A stretch of 63,598 nucleotides of DNA, counting the filler. It is 8 parts of 8 records of this genome, joined end to end, with 100 filler letters (N's around TTAATTAATTAA, not from the genome) between each part and the next. Parts side by side here need not be neighbours in the genome. Positions count along the whole stretch, not along the records: positions 11,777 to 22,333 come from SRR31156797_46188; positions 22,434 to 27,630 come from SRR31156797_46191; positions 27,731 to 33,868 come from SRR31156797_46208; 5 more parts are not named here. One strand, given 5' to 3'. Within the stretch, counting starts at the first letter, position 1. Every line of letters begins with the position of its first letter. A program made the translations under genes and the position numbers. This document shows positions 19,120-29,192 of the stretch, piece by piece. The notes below the pieces were generated by a model. That model did no database searches. It saw only the letters and a program-made list of their open reading frames with translations, and was not told the origin of the DNA.

Positions 19120-20152
19120 CTTTGATTCCTTTTAACATCGTAAGTATCGGGGTTTTATCTAACCATAAATAGAACAGTCCGGGAAGCGTATTTGAAATAA
19201 ACATTGCCCCATGCATGACAATGGCAGCATGAAGTGCGGCTTGGGCAGGAACGCCGTAAAAAGAGAGAACTGTTACTGTGGCCGCATGATAAGGGCCTAC
19301 ATTGGCTGGTGCCGGAATGCCCATGGAAAAGGCCTGTGCCAGAAGAATCAAAAAAGAAGGCAAAATTCCTTCAAACTCAAGCCCCAGAGCCTTAAGCAGG
19401 ATAAACACGTTTATCCCGCAAAGCAGCCAGAAGAGAAGGCTCAACAAAAGCCCCAAACAGATATACCAGGCAGAGTTTAGGCATATCAATCCCTGGCGGA
19501 ACTGGATGGCGGCTTTTTTTGTCCCGGGCTTGAGTCGGCCGGGTACAGGCATAAGCAAAAGGAGTACAAGCCTTTCCATGGCTTTGGGGCTTTTCGTGAA
19601 TGCAAACAGAATAATGACAAGAAGTGTTAAAATCATACCGGCCGTGCCGGCGGTTTTGAAAATGGATTTAAAGTATTCATCCCCTGCCTGGGGGATGTTT
19701 CGTATCAGCAAAATTAAAAGTCCCAGAAAAATAAGCATGATGCTGTCAAATATTCTGACCAGGGCAACTGTCCCAAGGGCCGTAGAAAACGCTATATTTG
19801 CCTTCTTTCCGATTAGAAAGGCCTGGATCAGGCCGCCTGCCCTTGCCGGAATAACCATATTGACAAGTCCACCGGTAAATAAGGATAGGCACATGTTGAA
19901 ATATGAGAGCCTATGATTTATCGGTTTGAAAATAATGGCCCATTTATAAACACGAAAGTACAAAATGAAGATGTTAAATCCCAAAGACAATCCGATCAGG
20001 GGCCAGTCAATCTGTTGACATACGTTGGGCATTACTGAAAAATCGTATCGCAAAAAAGCATAGAGGATGAATCCTGACAATATAAACGGCCAGATCCAGG
20101 CAAATTTTATTTTTTTTAATTTGCCTTTTTTATTAAATGAATTGTCCTGCAT
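19097..20152 (-). CDS. Lysylphosphatidylglycerol-synthase TM domain / flippase-like membrane protein (UPF0104)
   Basis: Multi-TM; R..KW, N.VIPARAGG, R.FD, IPAPANVGPYH motifs; overlaps the NRPS start by 23 bp. Confidence 0.85.
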   Translation of the reverse strand: MQDNSFNKKGKLKKIKFAWIWPFILSGFILYAFLRYDFSVMPNVCQQIDWPLIGLSLGFNIFILYFRVYKWAIIFKPINHRLSYFNMCLSLFTGGLVNMVIPARAGGLIQAFLIGKKANIAFSTALGTVALVRIFDSIMLIFLGLLILLIRNIPQAGDEYFKSIFKTAGTAGMILTLLVIILFAFTKSPKAMERLVLLLLMPVPGRLKPGTKKAAIQFRQGLICLNSAWYICLGLLLSLLFWLLCGINVFILLKALGLEFEGILPSFLILLAQAFSMGIPAPANVGPYHAATVTVLSFYGVPAQAALHAAIVMHGAMFISNTLPGLFYLWLDKTPILTMLKGIKDANKNVR

Positions 20153-20378
20153 GATCTGTCATATCCCCATGTGAGGGATTAAAAAAACGGTATGGTTCAT
20201 CTTTTGTTTACATATATACAATTCGCGGCAATTCTAGTATATCACAGAAAATCTTAAAGCGAATTTTACGATAATAAGGCGTAGGCAGTCAACTGATCGT
20301 CTGTTTTTTCGCAACAAAGTGTTCCGAGGCAGAAGGTTGCGTCGGGGGAACCGTCATTCTACAGATGGGGAATGGGGA

Positions 20379-22145
20379 ATGGGGAATTATAAAGATCAAA
20401 TTGTCGCATTGCTGAAAGTTGGTGTGGAATTCCGGCAGCTTTCCGATACGCTTTTAAATGAACTGGCGAACCGCCTTCAGATCAAGGATGTGGCTGCCGG
20501 CACCCATGTTATCGTTGAAGGTGAGCATGAAAGGTCGATGTTTATCCTGGTGTCCGGCCGGTTGAGGGTAACCAGGCGGGGCAAGGACGGCAGCCTCATG
20601 TTGTATAACGAGATCCTGCCCGGTGAGATCGTAGGTGAACTGGGTGTAATACTGGATCAACCTAGGGCCGCTGATATTACCGCATTAAGAAGTTCGATTA
20701 TAGGGATACTGTCAAAGGAGGATTTTGAGCAGTTGCTGCACGACTTTCCTGTGGACATTAATCGTGTTTTTTCCCAGGCCATTTATAATCATTTACGACA
20801 CGCCCGGCGAATAAGGAACCAGAAACGGGCGCATGCATTTATTGTTATCCCGCTTTCGGATCAGGTTGATGCCGGTAGGGTTGCGCATAATCTGACCCAG
20901 GCATTTTCCGTTCTGGGAAAGGCCTTGCATGTATTACTGGAAGACGGCAGTGCAGGACAAACCTATAATATTGATGCCATGGAAGCGGAAAACGATTTTT
21001 TGATCTATCAGGCCAAGGCGTCTGACGCAGGATTGGTGTCCGAAGTTCTCGCGTACGCCGATCAGATTTTGTTTGTTGCAAAATCGGGATCCGCAAAAAA
21101 GTTGTCCAGGTTAGAGGCTGAACTGGCAAAAGAACCCGGCGTTGAACTAATGAGAAAACACCTGATCGTGCTTCACCCTGAAAGACTAAATTGTTGCGAG
21201 GATAAATTAGCGTGGCAGGCTCCAAGGAATGTGGAACGTGTATATCCGGCAAGCCCGGATGATTTATCCGATTACCACCGGATTGCCCGTTTTCTGGTGG
21301 GTAAAGCTGTGGGGGTTGTGCTGGGTGGCGGTGGTGCCAGGGGCTTTGCCCATCTGGGGGCATTAAAGGCCTTTGAGGAAAAAGGAATTCCGGTTGATCT
21401 GCTTGGCGGCAACAGTATGGGCGCCTTGATCGGGGCATCCTATGTGTTTGGTATCCCCATAGAGAAGATTCATACGACAATCCAGGATTCGGCAAAGGGG
21501 TTAATCCGGCCGGATTTGCCTGTGGTCTCAATTTTTTCCAGCAAGAATTTTGAAAAGGCCCTTAGGCAGGTTTTCGGCGATACACAGGTTCAGTGTTTGT
21601 GGACAACCTATTTTTCAGCTGCCTGCAATTTGAGCCGTGCCGACACTGCTGTCATTGATTCCGGCCCCCTCTGGCAGGCTGTTTTGGCCAGCAATTCTCC
21701 GGCAGGATTATTCCCTCCTGTAATCAGAAACGGTGAAATGATGGTTGACGGCGCCATTTTAGAAAATGTGCCGGTCCTGGCCATGCGCGGAAGGCTGGGC
21801 ACGGCTCTGGAGCGGCGCAGGGGAAATGGAACGATCATTGCTCTGGATGTTGATGTCAAGGAGGACCTTACTGTTGATCCAAAGATCAAATCCCTTAAAA
21901 ATTGGGATGTGATCAGGGCCCGGTTCGACAAAAAGGCATCCCCAATGCCCGGCTTGAAACGCATTCTGTCCTATGCCAATCAGATGGGGGGGCTGGCACA
22001 GCGCAGGCGGACCATGTTTTTGGCGGATTATTACCTTGAACTGCCGGTTTCCCACTTCTCCATGACAGCTTATCCAAGAGCTGAGGAAATTATTGAAATC
22101 GGATATGAGTACACCCTTGGGAAAATACAGGAATTACAACTCTAA
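20379..22145 (+). CDS. cNMP-binding domain + patatin-like phospholipase (NTE family)
   Basis: N-terminal cNMP domain (GEIVGEL...PRAA); GGGGARG, GNSMG and DGA catalytic motifs; start chosen at ATG 20379. Confidence 0.9.
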   Translation: MGNYKDQIVALLKVGVEFRQLSDTLLNELANRLQIKDVAAGTHVIVEGEHERSMFILVSGRLRVTRRGKDGSLMLYNEILPGEIVGELGVILDQPRAADITALRSSIIGILSKEDFEQLLHDFPVDINRVFSQAIYNHLRHARRIRNQKRAHAFIVIPLSDQVDAGRVAHNLTQAFSVLGKALHVLLEDGSAGQTYNIDAMEAENDFLIYQAKASDAGLVSEVLAYADQILFVAKSGSAKKLSRLEAELAKEPGVELMRKHLIVLHPERLNCCEDKLAWQAPRNVERVYPASPDDLSDYHRIARFLVGKAVGVVLGGGGARGFAHLGALKAFEEKGIPVDLLGGNSMGALIGASYVFGIPIEKIHTTIQDSAKGLIRPDLPVVSIFSSKNFEKALRQVFGDTQVQCLWTTYFSAACNLSRADTAVIDSGPLWQAVLASNSPAGLFPPVIRNGEMMVDGAILENVPVLAMRGRLGTALERRRGNGTIIALDVDVKEDLTVDPKIKSLKNWDVIRARFDKKASPMPGLKRILSYANQMGGLAQRRRTMFLADYYLELPVSHFSMTAYPRAEEIIEIGYEYTLGKIQELQL

Positions 22146-22182
22146 ATGACAGGTAAGGCCTATGATCGGAATAAAACCGTCC

Positions 22183-22332
22183 TTATCCTGAAACCACCTG
22201 GTTCCGACCGGCCTCCTTTGCTTTGTACAGGGCCTTATCCGCATTTGACACCAGGATGTCATGGCTTTTTATATCAATTTTAAAACAGCTGATGCCGATA
22301 CTCACGGTCAGGCCAAGCCCTTGGAAACGATC
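22183..22332 (-). CDS. C-terminal fragment of a GGDEF diguanylate cyclase (5' truncated; not in the ORF track)
   Basis: Manual translation: DRFQGLGLTVSIGISCF...LVSNADKALYKAKEAGRNQVVSG*. Confidence 0.85.
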   Translation of the reverse strand, partial: DRFQGLGLTVSIGISCFKIDIKSHDILVSNADKALYKAKEAGRNQVVSG

Positions 22333-22333
22333 A

Positions 22334-22433
22334 NNNNNNNNNNNNNNNNNNNNNNNNNNNNNNNNNNNNNNNNNNNNTTAATTAATTAANNNNNNNNNNN
22401 NNNNNNNNNNNNNNNNNNNNNNNNNNNNNNNNN
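22334..22433. other. Artificial contig spacer
   Basis: N44-TTAATTAATTAA-N44. Confidence 0.99.
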
Positions 22434-24002
22434 ATGAGCCATGAGATCCGAACCCCCATGAACGGGGTGCTGGGCATGGCGGAACTGCTAATGGATACCC
22501 CTTTAACCCGGAATCAAAAAAAACTTATAAATACCATAAAGGTATCCGGGGACTCCTTGCTGCTCATCATCAACGATATTCTTGATTTTACCAAAATTGA
22601 AGCCGGAAAACTGGCACTTGAATCAACGCCCTGCAACCTTGACAGCCTGGTAAGAGAAACCGTGGATATCATCGCTGGCCAGGCCGAAAGCAAACAATTG
22701 AAGTTGATTGTTGACTTCGGGCAACTGGCTTATCCTTTTGTGAAGGCTGATCCTTTAAGGATACGCCAGGTTGTCTTAAATCTGCTTTCCAATGCCCTTA
22801 AATTCACCGATACAGGAACAATACGGGTCCGACTGGAGACCCTGGAAGAAAATAATTCCTTCACGAAGATCCGTTTCTCGGTTAAGGATACTGGAATCGG
22901 GATGAAACAAAATGTCCGTGATCGCTTGTTCAAACCCTTTACCCAGGCAGACGAGTCCACCACCCGGGAGTTTGGAGGTACCGGACTGGGCCTTGCCATT
23001 TCCAAACAGCTGGTGGAATTGATGGGCGGCCGCATTTCATGTAAAAGCCGATCTGGGACCGGCAGTGAATTCATGTTTCAGCTTAAGTTTGAGAAAGTAG
23101 CAGAAACAAGTAGGTCCCCAGTTGAATTTTCAAATGACACCAATTCCACAATGGGGGACCCGGATGTGTACGCCCGGCGCTCTCAAGCAAAGGTCCTCCC
23201 GGAACAAGCACCTCTGGTTTTGGTCGTGGAGGATAATCCCATTAATCAGGAGGTCTCTTCCGGAATTTTGAAGAGCCTTGGTTGCAGGGTGGATCTGGCC
23301 GGAAACGGTGAAGGGGCGTTGGCTGCCGTGGAGGATAAATCTTACGATATAATTTTCATGGACTGCCAGATGCCGGTCATGGATGGATATGATGCCACCC
23401 GCAGAATCAGGGTCATGGACAGCAGCTCCAGGAAGGGTGGCGAGTTACCGGTTATCGCACTGACAGCCCACGCCCTGGCCGGAGATCGAATAAAATGTAT
23501 TGAAGCCGGCATGGACGATCATTTAGCAAAACCCTTTAGCAAATTTCAAATGGTGACAATTTTAAATCGCTGGCTGCCTGAATGGAAGAACGGCGCTATA
23601 AATCCCTCTCCCCGGGGGGACGATCATACCGATGGTGAACCCAACGAAGGGGGTATTTGCATGGAGACTCTGGACGTGATCCGTGGAATGCAGCCCCCTG
23701 GTGCGGATGATATTCTCACCAAGGTCATAAAAATATTTTTAAGGGACGCCCCTGAACGGACACAAAAAATATCCCTTGCCATAGCGACCGAGGATTTGGA
23801 ATCTATCAGGGAGCATGCACATTACATGAAATCCAGCAGCGCGAATCTTGGCGCTGTCTATCTATCCTCCTTATATAAAAAATTGGAGGAAAATACCCGG
23901 GAAACGGATTCTTTGGACCGTTTATCCCAAATCTTAACAAAACTCGGACCGGCCCTTGACCAGGCAATGAGCCAATTAAAGGAATATATGGTGGAACTAT
24001 GA
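22434..24002 (+). CDS. Hybrid sensor histidine kinase (HisKA-HATPase-REC-HPt), 5' truncated
   Basis: MSHEIRTPMNG H-box; NLLSNALKFT; GGTGLGL; REC FMDCQMP; HPt AHYMKSSS. Confidence 0.93.
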   Translation: MSHEIRTPMNGVLGMAELLMDTPLTRNQKKLINTIKVSGDSLLLIINDILDFTKIEAGKLALESTPCNLDSLVRETVDIIAGQAESKQLKLIVDFGQLAYPFVKADPLRIRQVVLNLLSNALKFTDTGTIRVRLETLEENNSFTKIRFSVKDTGIGMKQNVRDRLFKPFTQADESTTREFGGTGLGLAISKQLVELMGGRISCKSRSGTGSEFMFQLKFEKVAETSRSPVEFSNDTNSTMGDPDVYARRSQAKVLPEQAPLVLVVEDNPINQEVSSGILKSLGCRVDLAGNGEGALAAVEDKSYDIIFMDCQMPVMDGYDATRRIRVMDSSSRKGGELPVIALTAHALAGDRIKCIEAGMDDHLAKPFSKFQMVTILNRWLPEWKNGAINPSPRGDDHTDGEPNEGGICMETLDVIRGMQPPGADDILTKVIKIFLRDAPERTQKISLAIATEDLESIREHAHYMKSSSANLGAVYLSSLYKKLEENTRETDSLDRLSQILTKLGPALDQAMSQLKEYMVEL

Positions 24003-25789
24003 ATCAACACGGGGACAATGAAAACCAAAATCTTGCAGCTTCTGAAAACCCATTAATTTTAGCGGTTGACGACGACGAAGCCATCCGCATGCTCATGGAA
24101 GCTGCCCTTGATGGATATGGATTCCGGGTGGAGGTTGCAGAAAACGGCCGAAAGGCTGTTGATGCTTTTGATAAATTGAATCCCCATGCCATTCTCATGG
24201 ATGTGAACATGCCAGAAATGGATGGATTTACAGCATGCAAAACCATTCGCTCTCTGCCCAATGGAAAGCATGTTCCTATTTTGATGATGACAGGTTTGGA
24301 GGACGTGGCATCCATTGACCGGGCTTTTAAAGCCGGAGCCACGGATTTCATCAGCAAACCCATTAACTGGGCGATTCTCAAATATCGTATCAAATACATG
24401 CTCAGGGCCAGTACAGCTTTTAATGACGTGGTCCTGCAGCAAAAACAGATCCAGGAATTGGCCTATTATGACCACCTCACAGGCCTTGCCAACCGGACCA
24501 TGTTCCGGGAGAACCTGATACGAGAAGTGGAAAACTGTGGAAAAGACGAATTACTTGGGGTGCTTTTCCTGGATCTTGATCGGTTCAAGCTGGTAAATGA
24601 CAGTCTCGGGCACAAGGCTGGTGATACCCTGCTCCAGCAGGTGGCGGAACGGATTAAAACCTGTATTCGGAGCACTGACGGCCTGGCATGGTTAAAAGAG
24701 GGTGCAAAGCAGGTGATGGTGTCACGCCAGGGTGGAGATGAGTTTACCATACTCCTTCCGAACCTCAAAGCGCCTGACAATGCCGGTTGGGTGGCCAAGC
24801 GGATAAATGAAAAATTGAGCCGGGTATTTTTTATTGACGGCCAGGAAGTTTTCATCTCTTCCAGCATAGGCATCAGCCTGTTTCCCCTGGACGGCAACGA
24901 TTCCGAGTCATTGATCGCCCATGCGGACTTGGCCATGTATCATGCCAAGGAAATCGGAGGAAACCGATTTCAGTTTTTCGAGCAGGAGTTGAATATCCAG
25001 GCAAAAGAACGGCTGGAGTTTGAAAACGATTTAAGAAAAGCGGTGATCGGAAATGAATTTTCCCTTTTTTACCAGCCCCAAATTTCTTTGCAGGATGGCA
25101 GAATCATTGGTGCCGAAGCCTTGAGTCGGTGGCATAACCCCCGAACGGGCAATGTTTCTCCGGCTGAATTTATTCCGGCCATAGAAGAAATGGGACTGGT
25201 GGTCCCCTTTACCGACTGGGTGATTCGAGAAGCCGGCCGCCAGCAACTGGAATGGTATGACCAGGGGGTTAAAGCGGTCCGGGTGGCAGTGAATATTTCA
25301 AGTAAGCATTTTGTTGAACAGGATATTCCGGACAAAATAATTAAAATGCTCAAGGCTCATAACCTGCCGTCTTCATGCTTGGAGGTGGAACTTACCGAAA
25401 GCGTGATGGCCGGCCACGGCTCCAAAACGCTGAACATACTGAATCGGCTCAAGGAGATAGGCCTGACCATTTCCGTGGATGATTTCGGAACGGGCTATTC
25501 ATCTTTGAGCTATTTGAAAACGCTTCCCGTTGATGTGGTAAAAATCGATCGATTTTTCATCAAAGACATCTTAACAGGACAGAAAGACGAATCCATTGTT
25601 AAAGCCATGATATCCATGGCCCACAGTATGGACATGAAGGTGGTGGCCGAAGGCATTGAAACCCCGGAGCAATTTGAGGTACTGCATCGCATGGGATGCG
25701 ACTACGGCCAGGGCTTCCTTTTCAGCCCGGCAGTTACCCGGGATGAATTTTCCAGCATGTTGAAAGCGAAAAAACGGTTTGAACCCTGA
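23999..25789 (+). CDS. REC-GGDEF-EAL response regulator (c-di-GMP cyclase/phosphodiesterase)
   Basis: REC LMDVNMP; GGDEF intact; EAL and DDFGTGYSS. Confidence 0.95.
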   Translation: MNQHGDNENQNLAASENPLILAVDDDEAIRMLMEAALDGYGFRVEVAENGRKAVDAFDKLNPHAILMDVNMPEMDGFTACKTIRSLPNGKHVPILMMTGLEDVASIDRAFKAGATDFISKPINWAILKYRIKYMLRASTAFNDVVLQQKQIQELAYYDHLTGLANRTMFRENLIREVENCGKDELLGVLFLDLDRFKLVNDSLGHKAGDTLLQQVAERIKTCIRSTDGLAWLKEGAKQVMVSRQGGDEFTILLPNLKAPDNAGWVAKRINEKLSRVFFIDGQEVFISSSIGISLFPLDGNDSESLIAHADLAMYHAKEIGGNRFQFFEQELNIQAKERLEFENDLRKAVIGNEFSLFYQPQISLQDGRIIGAEALSRWHNPRTGNVSPAEFIPAIEEMGLVVPFTDWVIREAGRQQLEWYDQGVKAVRVAVNISSKHFVEQDIPDKIIKMLKAHNLPSSCLEVELTESVMAGHGSKTLNILNRLKEIGLTISVDDFGTGYSSLSYLKTLPVDVVKIDRFFIKDILTGQKDESIVKAMISMAHSMDMKVVAEGIETPEQFEVLHRMGCDYGQGFLFSPAVTRDEFSSMLKAKKRFEP

Positions 25790-25882
25790 TGTTTTTAGGT
25801 TAATCACTATTTCCATGACCCTAAATCCATGGATGGAATGAATGGATATAAAAACAATTATAATAAAATTTAGGTGCTATCC

Positions 25883-27630
25883 ATGTCAAAATTTAAGATA
25901 ATTTTATCTGGATTATTTCATTTAAAATATTATTTTGTTTTTTTATGTATTTTGACGCTCTGTCCATTTCAGGCCTTGGCTGCACAGAAGGATATTTTTG
26001 AACTGACCATGGAAGAGTTGATGGATATTGAAGTCACCTCGGTGGGGAAAAAAAGTCAGAATCTTTCGAACAGTGCCACGGCCATCCATGTCATCACCAA
26101 CAAGGATATAAAACGGTCGGGAGTGACCAATATTCCGGATGCCCTGCGCATGGTACCCGGGATTACCGTGGCAAGGATTGATTCCAATAAATGGGCGGTG
26201 AGCGCCAGGGGATTTGCCGGCCGTTTTGCCAATGCGCTGCTGGTCCTTATAGATGGGAGAAGTGCCTATACCCCTGTCTTTTCAGGTGTTTACTGGGAGA
26301 TCAACGATGTACTGCTGGAGGATGTGGATCGGATTGAGGTGATCCGGGGGCCCGGGGCCACTGTCTGGGGGGCCAATGCCGTGAACGGGGTCATCAATAT
26401 CATCACCAAACACGCCGGCGATACCCAGGGGGGATATGTTGCCCTGGGTTCCGGAAACCATGAAAATATAATTTCAAGCTTCAGGTACGGAGATGCCCTG
26501 GGAAAAAACACCTTCTGGCGGTTCTATGCAAAACATCAAAGCAGAGATGAATTCACTTTGGAGTCCGGACCGGATGCCGGTGATGCCTGGGCCAAAACCC
26601 AAGCCGGATTCCGGCTGGACGCCATGCTCTCAAGTCAGGACAGCCTCACCGTCCAGGGGGATATCTATGAGGCTGACATTGATCAGACCCTGCTTCTGGC
26701 AAGCCTTACCCCGCCAACGTACCTGACCTCCACCCCTAAAGAAACAGAGACCAAGGGATGGAATCTTTTATCCCGGTGGAAGCGAACCATTTCCCCGGAG
26801 TCTGATTTCACCCTTCAGATTTATTATGACGGAAAAAATCAAGCAGAGGATATCAATGAGTCGGACCGTGACACCTTTGACATTGATGCAACCCACCGGT
26901 TTGCCATAGGGGGATGGAACGATATTGTCTGGGGAATTCGGTACCGGTATACCCGGGACCGGTTTGTTGAGTCATATATCATTTCCATGGATCCCACGGA
27001 AGAAGAAGATCACCTTTTCAGCGGATTTATTCAGGATGAAATATCCCTGGCCAACGATGCCGTGAAGCTGACCTTCGGGTCAAAAATCGAACACAATGAA
27101 TACAGCCACATGGAAATTCAACCCAGCATCCGAGCCCTGTGGGCGGTGAACAATGAACATAAGATCTGGGGAGCGGTCTCCCGGGCGGTAAGGACCCCCA
27201 CCCGGGCGGAATCCGATGGAGAGATCAAAAATGCAGCTTTTAACACATCCCAGGTCAGTCCCTTCCTGCCGCCGGGACTTCCCTTTACCGTTGTCACCCA
27301 GGGAAACGACAACTACGATTCCGAAGAAGTGACAGCCTGTGAACTGGGGTATCGGTTTATCCCGACCGAGGCATTTTCAATGGATCTGGCAGTGTTTTTC
27401 AACGACTACGACCACCTTAGAACCGGGGAATCAAATCAGATTTTCACAGATCGCGGGGTTACCCAATATGTAACCATTACCAATGGGGCTTCTGCAGAAA
27501 CCTACGGGTTGGAGTTGTCCTTGAAATACAAGTACTCTGATTTTTTTCAAGGGCATCTTGCCTATAGTTTTCTTGAAACCAAAATAGAAGGATATGACAT
27601 TTTCGGTTTTCCCCGTCATCAAATTTCGTT
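25883..27630 (+). CDS. TonB-dependent receptor, 3' truncated
   Basis: Signal peptide; plug LMDIEVTSV...RIEVIRGPG..WGANAVNGVINIITK; beta-barrel strands. Confidence 0.9.
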
Positions 27631-27730
27631 NNNNNNNNNNNNNNNNNNNNNNNNNNNNNNNNNNNNNNNNNNNNTTAATTAATTAANNNNNNNNNNNNNN
27701 NNNNNNNNNNNNNNNNNNNNNNNNNNNNNN
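27631..27730. other. Artificial contig spacer
   Basis: N44-TTAATTAATTAA-N44. Confidence 0.99.
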
Positions 27731-27731
27731 C

Positions 27732-29192
27732 GAATTACTGACCGAGATCTGTGGGTATAATGTCGTGGCCACCAACGCAGTGGCTGAGTACCCCGTAACC
27801 ATATATCTCCGGAATCTCACCCTGCGATCCGCCCTGGAAGCTATCTGCCGCCTAAACAATCTTTGGTACAGGGAGGGACAAGGCATTATAACCCTGATGA
27901 CCCATGAAGAATACATCATGGATATCCAGGAGCGCCAGAGCGACCAGACGAGGGCCTTTTACATACGCTACACCAATGCGGCCGACATGGCCAAGGTCAT
28001 CCAGTCGGCCATGGGCAGCGAGGTTCATCTCGAAGTAATCAAGGATGAAAAAATATACGGCCACCTGGATCCGGAAGAAGAAGCCGACGTGGGCGATGGA
28101 GAATATGAGGCTCCCGAACTGAAATCCGCTGACCCAGCGGCGCTCCCTGAAGCGCCTCAGGAGAACAGGAGTGAATCCGATGAACCCCTGTTGGCGATAC
28201 TAACGGTATTCAAGCGCAATAACTGTATTGTGGCCCGATCCCTGGATTTGTCCCTGCTTAATGAAATGGCCCGGATCATAGAAGCTTTGGACACGCCCAC
28301 GAGCCAGGTATTGCTGGAAATCAGAATTCTTCAGGTTACATTGAACGATCAGTTCGAAAGCTTTTTTGATTTCAAACTCAATGAAGCCGGTTCATCGTCA
28401 ACCCTGGGTTTGGGCGGAACCACCAGCCTGGCGGCCAGCACCCTGGACTATATCTACAATTCCGATGAATTGTTCGCCAGAATATCCTATTACGAGAGGG
28501 AAGGCCGGGCCGAAACCATAGCCTCCCCTTTTCTCCTGGCGGCCAACAACAGCAAGGTCAAGTTTTTTGTGGGCGAAGAAACACCCTTGCGGGACGACGT
28601 CACCACGACCACGGTGCCTATCGGAGACCAGGGAGCGACCAGAACAACCTTTCAGGTGAAAATCGTCAGGGAGGAACTGGGCACGGATGTTGAAATGACA
28701 ACCTTTGTCAATGCCGACGGCACGGTGACCCTTGATTTCGAAGCCGAGATTTCCAGCGCCATACTGAATTACAGCACCATTACGGTCGTAAACCCTGAAA
28801 CGGGCGAGACAATTGAATTCCCCCTGGATGCAAAGGGAACGAACAAGATCGAATCGATACTTTCGGCCAAAACCGGGCAATCCGTGGCTATCGGAGGCAT
28901 CATCAAGGAAACTCTCGACCTGACGGAAAACAAGGTGCCGATTCTCGGCGATATCCCCATCCTTGGCTTCTTCTTCAAGGAGATAAATAAAACCAAAAAG
29001 AAAACCGAAACCGTCATCGTCCTGACTCCGCACGTCATAATGCATCCGGCCCTGGCCGGCGGGGTTTCAACGGAATTTCTCAACCGAAAAAGCTCCCACG
29101 AACAATACACCAGGGGCAAGGATAATATCCTGCAGGATCCGGAACAGGAAGATGATAACAAGTCCAACATCAGCGAAGAGATCTTAAGATGA
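27732..29192 (+). CDS. Secretin (GspD/PilQ family), 5' truncated
   Basis: LDTPTSQVLLEIRI; GQSVAIGGII; KVPILGDIPILGFFFK...TETVIVLTPHVI. Confidence 0.9.
   Translation, partial: ELLTEICGYNVVATNAVAEYPVTIYLRNLTLRSALEAICRLNNLWYREGQGIITLMTHEEYIMDIQERQSDQTRAFYIRYTNAADMAKVIQSAMGSEVHLEVIKDEKIYGHLDPEEEADVGDGEYEAPELKSADPAALPEAPQENRSESDEPLLAILTVFKRNNCIVARSLDLSLLNEMARIIEALDTPTSQVLLEIRILQVTLNDQFESFFDFKLNEAGSSSTLGLGGTTSLAASTLDYIYNSDELFARISYYEREGRAETIASPFLLAANNSKVKFFVGEETPLRDDVTTTTVPIGDQGATRTTFQVKIVREELGTDVEMTTFVNADGTVTLDFEAEISSAILNYSTITVVNPETGETIEFPLDAKGTNKIESILSAKTGQSVAIGGIIKETLDLTENKVPILGDIPILGFFFKEINKTKKKTETVIVLTPHVIMHPALAGGVSTEFLNRKSSHEQYTRGKDNILQDPEQEDDNKSNISEEILR

Noticed and set aside
20365-20387. 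ATGGGGA x3 repeat at the patatin start as a phase-variation tract
   Set aside because: Only three units, mostly upstream of the likely start codon. There is no evidence of variation.
20379-22145. Patatin as a CBASS (CapV-like) effector
   Set aside because: The architecture is NTE-like cNMP+patatin, and there is no CD-NTase on the contig.
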